From assembly GCA_016215155.1 (NCBI GenBank), contig JACRLQ010000057.1, positions 10,943 through 74,942 of the forward strand: a stretch of DNA of 64,000 nucleotides, given 5' to 3'. Each line of letters opens with the position of its first letter. The first letter of the stretch is position 1. The DNA comes from Nitrospirota bacterium. GTDB lineage: Bacteria > Nitrospirota > Thermodesulfovibrionia > Thermodesulfovibrionales > UBA6898. Shown here piece by piece: positions 55,520 to 64,000 of this stretch. Made by a program: the position numbers and the translations under genes. The notes under the pieces were generated by a model. It saw nothing but the letters and a program-made list of their open reading frames with translations. It was not told the DNA's origin and ran no database searches.

Positions 55520-55825
55520 CTACTTCTTTAGCGGCTTCCCTAAGCGCCTCTCCAGGGCCTTCACCTTTTCGTCGATCCGCTTCGGCATACCTTTTCTGTC
55601 GTCAATTTTGATGTCGGTCAGGACCCTGTCTCCCTTTTTCATTATCGCCAGGTGACATTTTTTTATGGTCTTCATCACGTCGTCCCACTCACCCTCGATG
55701 ACCGTTCCCATGGGGTTAATCTTATAAGGCAGTCCGCTTGCGTCGACGATCCTCAATACGTCCGCGACCTTATCGCCCACGCTGCTGCCCGTCCCAAGCG
55801 GCACGATGCTGAATTCCACCAACAT
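55520..55825 (-). CDS. MTH1187/YkoF-like thiamine-binding family protein (DUF77)
   Basis: The start is trimmed to ATG 55825. MLVEFSIVPLGTGSSVGDKVADVLRIVDASGLPYKINPMGTVIEGEWDDV. Confidence 0.8.
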   Translation of the reverse strand: MLVEFSIVPLGTGSSVGDKVADVLRIVDASGLPYKINPMGTVIEGEWDDVMKTIKKCHLAIMKKGDRVLTDIKIDDRKGMPKRIDEKVKALERRLGKPLKK

Positions 55826-55972
55826 AACTACCTCCTCAAAAAAATTAGTCAACTCTGCTTCTGTTTATTATATTTATAATTATAAATTAGTGATATAATG
55901 TACTCGAAAGAAAGAGGGATTTTATTGCTCTTAGGCAGCATCAGTCGCAGATAAAACAGAAAGGAGATTATC

Positions 55973-56281
55973 ATGTCGGTATTTGATGTATTCAGAAACG
56001 CAATGCTCGCCGGGCTGGGGATGCAGGAGAAGGTAAAGGAGTTCGTTGACGAGCTTGTAAAAAAGGGTGAATTGAGCGAATCACAGGGGGCGAAGCTTGT
56101 GAAGGAATGGTCGGAAAAGGCCGAGAAGAACACGGAGGACCTTTCAAAAAGCCTCAATGACGCGGTAGGCAGCGCCCTGGACAAGATCAGGCTTTCGACG
56201 AAAGAGGATATTGACAAGTTAAATGCAAAGATAGACGCTCTTGTAGAGAGGATGGAGAAAATTGAAGGGACCAGGCAATAG
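55973..56281 (+). CDS. Phasin-family (COG3937-like) coiled-coil protein
   Basis: 102 aa. FRNAMLAGLGMQEKVKEFVDELVKKGELSESQG...KEDIDKLNAKIDALVERM. Confidence 0.6.
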   Translation: MSVFDVFRNAMLAGLGMQEKVKEFVDELVKKGELSESQGAKLVKEWSEKAEKNTEDLSKSLNDAVGSALDKIRLSTKEDIDKLNAKIDALVERMEKIEGTRQ

Positions 56282-56298
56282 CGAGGGTCAATCCATAG

Positions 56299-58002
56299 AT
56301 GCCCTTTAGTCTTCTCAGTCTCAGAAGGACCTACAAGAACGTCAACAGGGTAAGGCAGATCGTCAACGTCCTTCTGAAGTACGGTTTCGGCAATATCATA
56401 GACCAGCTCCACCTGAACCGGTTCGTCCCGTTTAGAAAAAGGCTCAGGTCGTTCGGCCAATGGCCGCCGCTTAAGGGGCCGAACTCCGCCGAACGCCTGA
56501 GAATGGCCTTTGCGGAACTCGGCCCGAGTTTTATCAAGCTCGCCCAGATACTCTCCACCAGACCGGACCTTATTACCAGGCAGTTTGCGGACGAATTCAA
56601 AAAACTTCAGGACGATGTGCCTCCTTTTGCGTCCTCCGAGGTAGTCAGAATCATTGAACGGGAGACGGGGAAAAATATCGACGCCATATTCAGGGATTTT
56701 GTCTATGAACCGATCGCGGCGGCCTCGATAGCGCAGGTCCACCATGGAACATTGATCGACGGCAGCGATGTCATTATAAAAGTTCAGCGTCCGGACATCA
56801 GCGTGCAGATCGAGACGGACATCAGCATTTTGACCTCAGTCTCCCAGCTTATGGAGAAGTACATACCCGAGAGCGTCTTTTATAACCCTGTCGGCATTAT
56901 CGAGGAATTCGCCCGCACGGTCAGAAAAGAGCTCGATTTCACTGAGGAGGCTCGCAATTGCGTCAGGTTCGGGAGAAATTTCGAAAAGCACCCTGATGTG
57001 CATATTCCAAAGGTCTTCAACGAATATACGTCGGACAGGATCCTTGTCCTTGAGATGATCGAGGGCGTCAGGATTGACGATATTGAGGGCATTACAAAAC
57101 TCGGGCTTGACAGAAAGAGGCTCGCCAGGGTCGGGGTAGACGCCTATTTCAAGCAGGTGCTCGAAGACGGTTTCTTTCATGCCGACCCCCATGCAGGGAA
57201 CATATTCGCGATGCCCGACGGCAGGATCGGGTTTATGGACTTCGGGATCGTCGGGAGGGTGTCGCCCGAGATGCGGGAGACGATGGCGAATACCTTCCTT
57301 GCGTTGATTCACAAAGACTTTGACAGACTCATCGACCAGTATATCGAACTGGGGCTGGTCCCGGAGCATATAGATTTAGAGGGTTTCAGGCGGGAGTTTA
57401 AAACAGACCTCGCGGATTTCCTCGAGCCTCTTTACGGGCTGACACTCTCGGAATTGAACTTCGCGGAATATATGGACACGGTGACCCGGCTTGCGATCAA
57501 GCACAAACTCAAGATCCCCTCAGACCTTATTCTCGTGAATAAGGCCATGCTCATACTTGAGAACCTCGGCAGGGAGCTTGACCCCCAGTTTGACTTTATC
57601 GCCGCGGCTGAGCCATATGCTTCGAAGATAATCGGCGACAGGGTCAGACCCGGCAGGCTTTATGAACGGGCGCGGAAGAACGTCATGGAAGTGAGCGACT
57701 TCCTTCTGCTGTTCCCGAAGCAGATGAAACAGATAATCAGAAAGGTCCTGAAGGACGACCTCCATATCAAGATGACGCATATCGGTCTTGAAAAACTGAT
57801 CAGGGACATGGACCGCTCGAGCAACCGGATATCCTTCAGCATGATAATAAGCGCCATCCTGCTGAGTTCGGCCATAATGCACGCCATGAATGTAGGTCCC
57901 ACTTATCACGGGATGTCTCTGCTTGGTTTTATTTCTTTCGGGTTTGCCTTCATTATGGGGATCTGGCTGTTAATTTCGATCATCAGGTCCGGCAGGCTTT
58001 AG
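56299..58002 (+). CDS. ABC1/UbiB atypical kinase family protein
   Basis: ELGPSFIKLAQILSTRPDLI...AAASIAQVH...FFHADPHAGNIF...DFG, with two C-terminal TM segments. Confidence 0.85.
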   Translation: MPFSLLSLRRTYKNVNRVRQIVNVLLKYGFGNIIDQLHLNRFVPFRKRLRSFGQWPPLKGPNSAERLRMAFAELGPSFIKLAQILSTRPDLITRQFADEFKKLQDDVPPFASSEVVRIIERETGKNIDAIFRDFVYEPIAAASIAQVHHGTLIDGSDVIIKVQRPDISVQIETDISILTSVSQLMEKYIPESVFYNPVGIIEEFARTVRKELDFTEEARNCVRFGRNFEKHPDVHIPKVFNEYTSDRILVLEMIEGVRIDDIEGITKLGLDRKRLARVGVDAYFKQVLEDGFFHADPHAGNIFAMPDGRIGFMDFGIVGRVSPEMRETMANTFLALIHKDFDRLIDQYIELGLVPEHIDLEGFRREFKTDLADFLEPLYGLTLSELNFAEYMDTVTRLAIKHKLKIPSDLILVNKAMLILENLGRELDPQFDFIAAAEPYASKIIGDRVRPGRLYERARKNVMEVSDFLLLFPKQMKQIIRKVLKDDLHIKMTHIGLEKLIRDMDRSSNRISFSMIISAILLSSAIMHAMNVGPTYHGMSLLGFISFGFAFIMGIWLLISIIRSGRL

Positions 58003-58078
58003 CGGGCCTCCCCCGTTCGACGCGGATAATTCGAGTCCGGATGCCATCACCGAATTAGAAAAAAGCATGCGATTGTAA

Positions 58079-59137
<1,059 letters not shown>

Positions 59138-59142
59138 AATAA

Positions 59143-59272
59143 AGTGAAATGTGAAAAGTGAAGTGTAAAGAAAAAAGTGGAAACATGAGACGTTATGTAA
59201 GGGGCACGGCGCGACGTGCCCCCTCGGCGCCTTTCACTTTTCACTTTTCACTTTTTGCTTTTTGCTTTTTAC
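59143..59272. repeat. Palindromic heptamer-repeat element around a GC hairpin
   Basis: The left arm is GTGAAATGTGAAAAGTGAAGTG. The centre is GGGGCACG(59201-08)-gcgcga-CGTGCCCC(59215-22). The right arm is (TCACTTT)x3 followed by (TGCTTTT)x2-3. The arms are approximate reverse complements. Confidence 0.6.
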
Positions 59273-59278
59273 CGAACG

Positions 59279-59875
59279 ATGTATAAGTCAGCCCCTGAGG
59301 GTCATCCCTTTATCGCGGTTTCAGGCATAATAACGGCGGGGGTTTTTTTTGCCGGTCCCGTATACTCGGTCATACCCATGCTTTATTTTTTCAGGGACCC
59401 GGAGCGGTCGGTGCCTCCGGGCGATGTGATCATATCACCCGCGGACGGGCGGGTCATCGTGATAAGGGACACTACCGAGGACAGGTATCTACACGCAGAG
59501 GTCAAGCAGATAAGCATCTTCATGTCGCCCCTCGACGTGCATGTAAACAGGTCACCCTGTGACGGGCGGGTAATAATGGTCAGACACAACAAAGGCAGGT
59601 TCCTTGCCGCGTACAAAGACGAGGCCTCTTTGAGGAATGAAAACATCGAGATGGTGCTTGAGACACGGCATGGCAATATTCTCGTGCGGCAGGTGGCCGG
59701 ATTCGTGGCGCGCCGGGCGGTATGCCGGAAGGCGCCGGGCGATCTCCTCAAAGGGGGGGAGCGTTACGGAATCATAAAATTCAGTTCCCGCCTGGATGTT
59801 TATCTGCCCAAAGATGCTATGATTAAGGTAAAGACGGGTGATATCGTAAGGGCCGGTGAGACGATACTGGCCTGA
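59279..59875 (+). CDS. psd: Phosphatidylserine decarboxylase family protein (short form)
   Basis: The start is trimmed to ATG 59279 because the upstream codons translate the heptamer repeat. FMSPLDVHVNRSP...LVRQVAGFVARR...GIIKFSSRLDVYLP. Confidence 0.8.
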   Translation: MYKSAPEGHPFIAVSGIITAGVFFAGPVYSVIPMLYFFRDPERSVPPGDVIISPADGRVIVIRDTTEDRYLHAEVKQISIFMSPLDVHVNRSPCDGRVIMVRHNKGRFLAAYKDEASLRNENIEMVLETRHGNILVRQVAGFVARRAVCRKAPGDLLKGGERYGIIKFSSRLDVYLPKDAMIKVKTGDIVRAGETILA

Positions 59876-59892
59876 CCGGAGACTAAACGACA

Positions 59893-60690
59893 TTGAACGC
59901 GGAACATAAAGACCGACCACAGAAGCAGCCTAAAAAAGGCGTGTATCTTCTGCCCAATACCCTGACCCTGTGCGGAATGTTCTGCGGGTTCTTCGCGATC
60001 CTTTCGTCAATAAACGGCAATTATGTGTACGCGGCATGGGCCATAATCGCCGCCACTATTTTTGACGGTCTCGACGGCTGGATAGCCCGCCTCACCAACA
60101 CATCGACCAGGTTCGGGGTTGAACTGGATTCCTTGTCTGATCTTGTGGCCTTTGGCGTCGCGCCGGCGGTCATGATGTACAAATGGACGCTTATGCCGTT
60201 TGGCCGGCTGGGATGGGGGGCGTCTTTTTTATTCGTGGCCTGCGGCGCCCTCAGACTTGCCCGATTTAATGTCCAGACGGGCTCCCCTGGCTCCAAGGCC
60301 TTTAAGGGGATCCCGATTCCAGCGGCCGCGACGATCCTCTGTTCAGTCGTGATATTTTATTACGGGTATGACTTTCATACAGGCCCCCCGGCGAGACATA
60401 TCTTCTACCCTGTTTTTACCATCGTGCTGTCGCTCCTTATGGTAAGCACATTGAGGTTCCACGGCTTAAAGGAGATCGACTTCAGGGAAAAAAAACCTTT
60501 TTCGGTGCTTATAGTCTTTGTCCTTATACTTTTTGTTTTCCTTATACACCCGTCGAGCGCCGTATTTATTTTTGCAATGGTCTATCTTGTTTGGGGTATA
60601 ATTGAAAATGCCTTTTTGTTTATAGCGAAGATGAAAATGAAAAGACTTGAACATCACCAAACAGGAGCCGGGACCGATGAGAACAATTAA
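59893..60690 (+). CDS. pssA: CDP-diacylglycerol--serine O-phosphatidyltransferase
   Basis: The CDP-alcohol phosphatidyltransferase motif is DGLDGWIARLTNTSTRFGVELDSLSDLV. TTG start in the ORF track. Confidence 0.85.
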   Translation: MNAEHKDRPQKQPKKGVYLLPNTLTLCGMFCGFFAILSSINGNYVYAAWAIIAATIFDGLDGWIARLTNTSTRFGVELDSLSDLVAFGVAPAVMMYKWTLMPFGRLGWGASFLFVACGALRLARFNVQTGSPGSKAFKGIPIPAAATILCSVVIFYYGYDFHTGPPARHIFYPVFTIVLSLLMVSTLRFHGLKEIDFREKKPFSVLIVFVLILFVFLIHPSSAVFIFAMVYLVWGIIENAFLFIAKMKMKRLEHHQTGAGTDENN

Positions 60691-62197
60691 AATATTTGAT
60701 ACGACACTCAGAGATGGAGAACAGTCTCCCGGGGCGTCAATGAACGTGGATGAGAAGATACAGATCGCAAGACAGCTTGTGAAGATGGGAGTCGATATCA
60801 TAGAGGCGGGTTTTCCCGTTGCGTCTCCGGGGGATTTTGAGGCCGTAAAAAAGATCGCCGGAGAGGTGGGAGGCGCGACGATCGCCGGGCTCGCCAGGGC
60901 AAGGGAAGAAGACATTAAGCGCGCCTGGGAGGCCATCCGCGGGGCGCAAAAAAAACGGATACATACCTTTCATTCGACGTCCGACATTCACCTTAAGTAC
61001 CAGTTCAGGGTAAGCCGCGAGGAGGCCCTGAAACGTTCTGTCGAGATGGTCAAATATGCCCGCAGTCTTGTTGAGGACGTGGAGTTTTCTCCTATGGACG
61101 CCACAAGGACCGACGTCTCATATCTTATCGAGGTCGTCATGGCCGTCATAGCCGCGGGGGCTTCCACGGTCAATATTCCCGATACGGTCGGTTACACCGC
61201 TCCGGATGAATTCGGCAGACTTATCAGGGCGGTCAAGGATAAGATCGGCGACACGGCGGTCATCTCCGTCCACTGTCATAACGACCTGGGACTGGCTGTC
61301 GCGAATTCTCTTTCGGCGATCTTAAACGGCGCGGGACAGGTAGAATGCACCATCAACGGTATCGGCGAGCGGGCGGGCAATTGCTCGATGGAAGAGATAG
61401 TCATGAACCTGGTCACCAGGAAAGATTTCTACAAGGCAAAAACGAACATAAAGACGAAGCAGATTATCCGGACGAGCCGGCTGCTTACGAGAATAACCGG
61501 CATACAGGTCCAGCCGAACAAGGCCATCGTGGGCGCAAACGCGTTCGCGCACGAGTCCGGCATTCACCAGGACGGGCTGCTGAAAGAGAAACTCACTTAT
61601 GAGATAATGAAACCGGCGGACATAGGCCTTAAGGAGACTGAGCTGGTGCTCGGAAAACACTCCGGTCGGCATGCCTTCAAGACGCGGATAAAGGAACTGG
61701 GTTACGAGCTGGAGCCGGCCGGCCTGGAAACGGCTTTTGAAAAGTTCAAGCGTCTGGCTGATCAGAAGAAGGACATCTTCGATGAGGACATAGAGGCGCT
61801 GATCTCGGAGGGTGTCGGCAGGATCCCCGAGACCTACGGCATAGTGGACCTTTCTATTATCAGCGGAATCGGCATCAAACCGACAGCCGCGCTGAAACTC
61901 AACGTAAAAGGCAAAGTGGTTGACAGTGTCGGGCATGGAGACGGACCGGTGGATGCCGTGTATCGGGCCATTGTCGCGGTCACCAGGACCAAAAGCGTGC
62001 TGACCAAATTCGAGGTCAAGAGCATAACAGGCGGGACTGACGCTCTCGGCGAGGTGCTTGTCTCGCTCGAAGAGGGCGGAAGGAAGGCCAGGGGCCAGGG
62101 CGCCGACACCGACATCATTGTCGCCGCCGCCAGGGCCTATGTCAACGCGCTTAACAAACTCGCGGCAAAAAAGCTGCCACAGGAGATGGATAAATAA
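60677..62197 (+). CDS. leuA: 2-isopropylmalate synthase
   Basis: The start is trimmed to ATG 60677. IKIFDTTLRDGEQSPGASM...HCHNDLGLAVANSL, with a C-terminal LeuA dimerisation domain. Confidence 0.9.
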   Translation: MRTIKIFDTTLRDGEQSPGASMNVDEKIQIARQLVKMGVDIIEAGFPVASPGDFEAVKKIAGEVGGATIAGLARAREEDIKRAWEAIRGAQKKRIHTFHSTSDIHLKYQFRVSREEALKRSVEMVKYARSLVEDVEFSPMDATRTDVSYLIEVVMAVIAAGASTVNIPDTVGYTAPDEFGRLIRAVKDKIGDTAVISVHCHNDLGLAVANSLSAILNGAGQVECTINGIGERAGNCSMEEIVMNLVTRKDFYKAKTNIKTKQIIRTSRLLTRITGIQVQPNKAIVGANAFAHESGIHQDGLLKEKLTYEIMKPADIGLKETELVLGKHSGRHAFKTRIKELGYELEPAGLETAFEKFKRLADQKKDIFDEDIEALISEGVGRIPETYGIVDLSIISGIGIKPTAALKLNVKGKVVDSVGHGDGPVDAVYRAIVAVTRTKSVLTKFEVKSITGGTDALGEVLVSLEEGGRKARGQGADTDIIVAAARAYVNALNKLAAKKLPQEMDK

Positions 62198-62670
62198 TGC
62201 TAAAAGCCAGGGACATAATGACGACCGCGGTGATAACGGTCAGCCCGGACACTTCGGTTGAGGAACTTGGGAGGCTATTTCTTGAAAAAGGGATCAGCGG
62301 GGCGCCGGTCCTTGACTCCGACGACAGGCTCGTAGGCATCGTGACGGAAAACGATCTGATTCGCCAAAACAGAAGGTTTCATATCCCCACGCTGATAAGG
62401 CTGTTTGATGCCTTTATTCCACTTGAGGGTTCTTCCTCCATCGAAAAGGAGATCAGGCGCATGTCGGCCTCAAAGGTCTCTGAAATCTGCACGAAAGAGG
62501 TGATTACCGTCACTCCCGAAAGCAGTCTTCAGGACGTCGCGACACTGATGTCCGACAGGGGCGTCCACCTGATACCTGTGGTGAGTGAGGGGAGACTCTC
62601 CGGCATCATCGGTAAGATAGACCTGATCAAAGGTACACTGGGTGAGGCTCAAAAGCGGCAGCCCGGCTGA
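62197..62670 (+). CDS. CBS domain pair protein
   Basis: Two CBS repeats are present: ARDIMTTAVITVSPD...GISGAPVLD and VSEICTKEVITVTPE...GVHLIPVV. Confidence 0.8.
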   Translation: MLKARDIMTTAVITVSPDTSVEELGRLFLEKGISGAPVLDSDDRLVGIVTENDLIRQNRRFHIPTLIRLFDAFIPLEGSSSIEKEIRRMSASKVSEICTKEVITVTPESSLQDVATLMSDRGVHLIPVVSEGRLSGIIGKIDLIKGTLGEAQKRQPG

Positions 62671-63082
62671 CACTGAGGAGATCGGACAGAGGCTCGGCAG
62701 GACTTTAAAGGCAGGGGATGTGGTCTGCCTTTATGGAGACCTGGGAGCTGGTAAGACGACAATGGTCAAGGGCATCGCATCGTCGTTCGGCATTGATAAA
62801 CGGGATGTGACGAGCGCTAGCTATACGATAATCGCGGAATATCCCCTCGACCCCCCTTTTTATCATATTGATCTTTATCGCACCGAAAGCCCCGAGGACC
62901 TGGAACACACCGGTTTGTGGGATATCCTCGACGGCAGGTCAATCGCGGTGATAGAGTGGTCCGAAAGACTGAGCGCGTACAGCGCTTGCTGCAGTGTTAA
63001 AGTAATTTTAAGTGAAGCCGAAGAGGGCCAAAGAGAGGTCCTGTTGGAGGGCGTCGATGAAGAAGCTTGGAATAATCTGTAA
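62642..63082 (+). CDS. tsaE: tRNA t6A biosynthesis ATPase TsaE
   Basis: GDVVCLYGDLGAGKTTMVKG...YHIDLYR...IEW. GTG start. Confidence 0.85.
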   Translation: MRLKSGSPADTEEIGQRLGRTLKAGDVVCLYGDLGAGKTTMVKGIASSFGIDKRDVTSASYTIIAEYPLDPPFYHIDLYRTESPEDLEHTGLWDILDGRSIAVIEWSERLSAYSACCSVKVILSEAEEGQREVLLEGVDEEAWNNL

Positions 63083-63908
63083 GCCGGGGAGGCCCGAGAC
63101 GATCGAGATCCTGCGCGGCCTGCTTCCGTGGCTTTCTGAAAAGGGCTGCGAGGCGCTGGTAGATAAGGCCGCCGCCTATGGCTCAGGCATAACCGGCTAT
63201 GAAAGGGCCGAGATCGCGACGGCTGCCGACATGGTCCTTGTGCTAGGTGGCGACGGCACGATGCTTAGCGCAAGCAGGCTTGTGGCTGAAAGGGGGGTCC
63301 CCATATTAGGTGTAAATCTCGGGAGCATGGGGTTTATCACCGAGATCAACAGAGAGGAACTATATGCCGCGCTCGAAAACATGTTCTCCGGTGAATGCGA
63401 CCTGGAAGACAGGCTTATGCTCACCGCAAAGGTATACAGGGGCGGGGAGATCGCGGCTGAGTATTTTGTGCTCAATGACGTTGTGATAAATAAAAGCGCG
63501 CTGGCCCGGATCATCGACCTCGACGCCTTTATCCACGGCACATATGTTACGACGTTCAAGGCGGACGGGCTGATCATCGCGACCCCGACCGGTTCCACCG
63601 CCTACTCGCTCTCGGCCGGCGGACCCATAATCTACCCGACCCTTGACAGCATTGTGCTGACCCCTATATGCTCCCATACGCTTACGAACAGACCGATCGT
63701 ACTGCCCGGGGATTTTCAGGTGCGCCTGATACTCAAGACCCACAGCGAGGACGTGTTTCTGACGCTTGACGGACAGATCGGCCTTCCGCTTATGGTCAAT
63801 GATGTCATAGAGATAGAAAAATCCGCTTTTAAGACAAGGCTCTCGATGCCATGTGAAAGGGACTATTTCAAGGTCCTCCGTAACAAGCTTAAGTGGGGTG
63901 AGCGATAA
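63057..63908 (+). CDS. nadK: NAD(+) kinase
   Basis: The start is trimmed to ATG 63057 (MKKLGII). VLVLGGDGTML...NLGSMGFIT...ADGLIIATPTGSTAYSLSAGGPI. Confidence 0.9.
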   Translation: MKKLGIICKPGRPETIEILRGLLPWLSEKGCEALVDKAAAYGSGITGYERAEIATAADMVLVLGGDGTMLSASRLVAERGVPILGVNLGSMGFITEINREELYAALENMFSGECDLEDRLMLTAKVYRGGEIAAEYFVLNDVVINKSALARIIDLDAFIHGTYVTTFKADGLIIATPTGSTAYSLSAGGPIIYPTLDSIVLTPICSHTLTNRPIVLPGDFQVRLILKTHSEDVFLTLDGQIGLPLMVNDVIEIEKSAFKTRLSMPCERDYFKVLRNKLKWGER

Positions 63909-63910
63909 CC

Positions 63911-64000
63911 ATGTCTGACGAAAGTAGCGCTCCGGAACGTGAGATGGTCCGCGGCATCGTCGATGTCCTCAGGTATTACGGGGCGATGGGAATTGAACGG
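63911..64000 (+). CDS. Hypothetical protein, N-terminal fragment (continues past window end)
   Basis: ATG at 63911, immediately after the nadK stop. Only 30 codons are visible (MSDESSAPEREMVRGIVDVLRYYGAMGIER), which is too short to assign. Confidence 0.3.
   Translation, partial: MSDESSAPEREMVRGIVDVLRYYGAMGIER

Noticed and set aside
55849-56745. 298-aa minus-strand ORF spanning the phasin gene and the 5' end of the ABC1 kinase gene
   Set aside because: It crosses an intergenic region and two well-supported plus-strand genes. The C-terminal half is S/F/L low-complexity.

Overview
64-kb chromosomal window that is mostly housekeeping genes. Spot counts of single 60-nt lines give about 53-62% GC. 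The lineage cannot be fixed from sequence alone; the gene content and repeat families resemble uncultured anaerobic Deltaproteobacteria or Nitrospirota-type genomes. I can support about 75 protein genes, including dnaB, rplI, rimO, thiL, lon, galU, glyQS, corA, thrC, lysC, cimA, recA, pilT, recX, alaS, ilvC, psd, pssA, leuA, tsaE and nadK. I recognised no rRNA, tRNA or CRISPR array by eye. Two AT-richer accessory islands stand out (spot counts 37-45% GC). Island 1 (about 22.5-25.9 kb) carries a tightly coupled three-gene operon: a PD-(D/E)xK-like sce7726-type protein, a Beta-protein-like sce7725-type protein, and a zinc-ribbon-RES NADase with no recognisable RES antitoxin. This operon is my best candidate for an undescribed defence or abortive-infection system. 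Island 2 (about 38.7-46.2 kb, between cimA and osmC) is a mosaic. It holds a PIN/RHH TA pair, an orphan amidohydrolase, an IS110-family remnant, a Phd antitoxin with a truncated RelE, a single-gene SIR2-NTPase-TPR protein preceded by an unusual interleaved inverted-repeat leader, decayed gene fragments and an intact mazEF. A short GGGTCAG-core motif recurs at the gene-truncation junctions in island 2. A MITE-like palindromic repeat family occurs in four copies plus one fragment in intergenic regions. An aspartate-family cluster links thrC to a CysO/MoaD-like sulfur carrier and a NIL protein, and contains an internally deleted proposed homoserine kinase. All family assignments come from motif recognition and memory, not from searches. 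All coordinates of starts, motifs and repeats were read off the sequence by hand.
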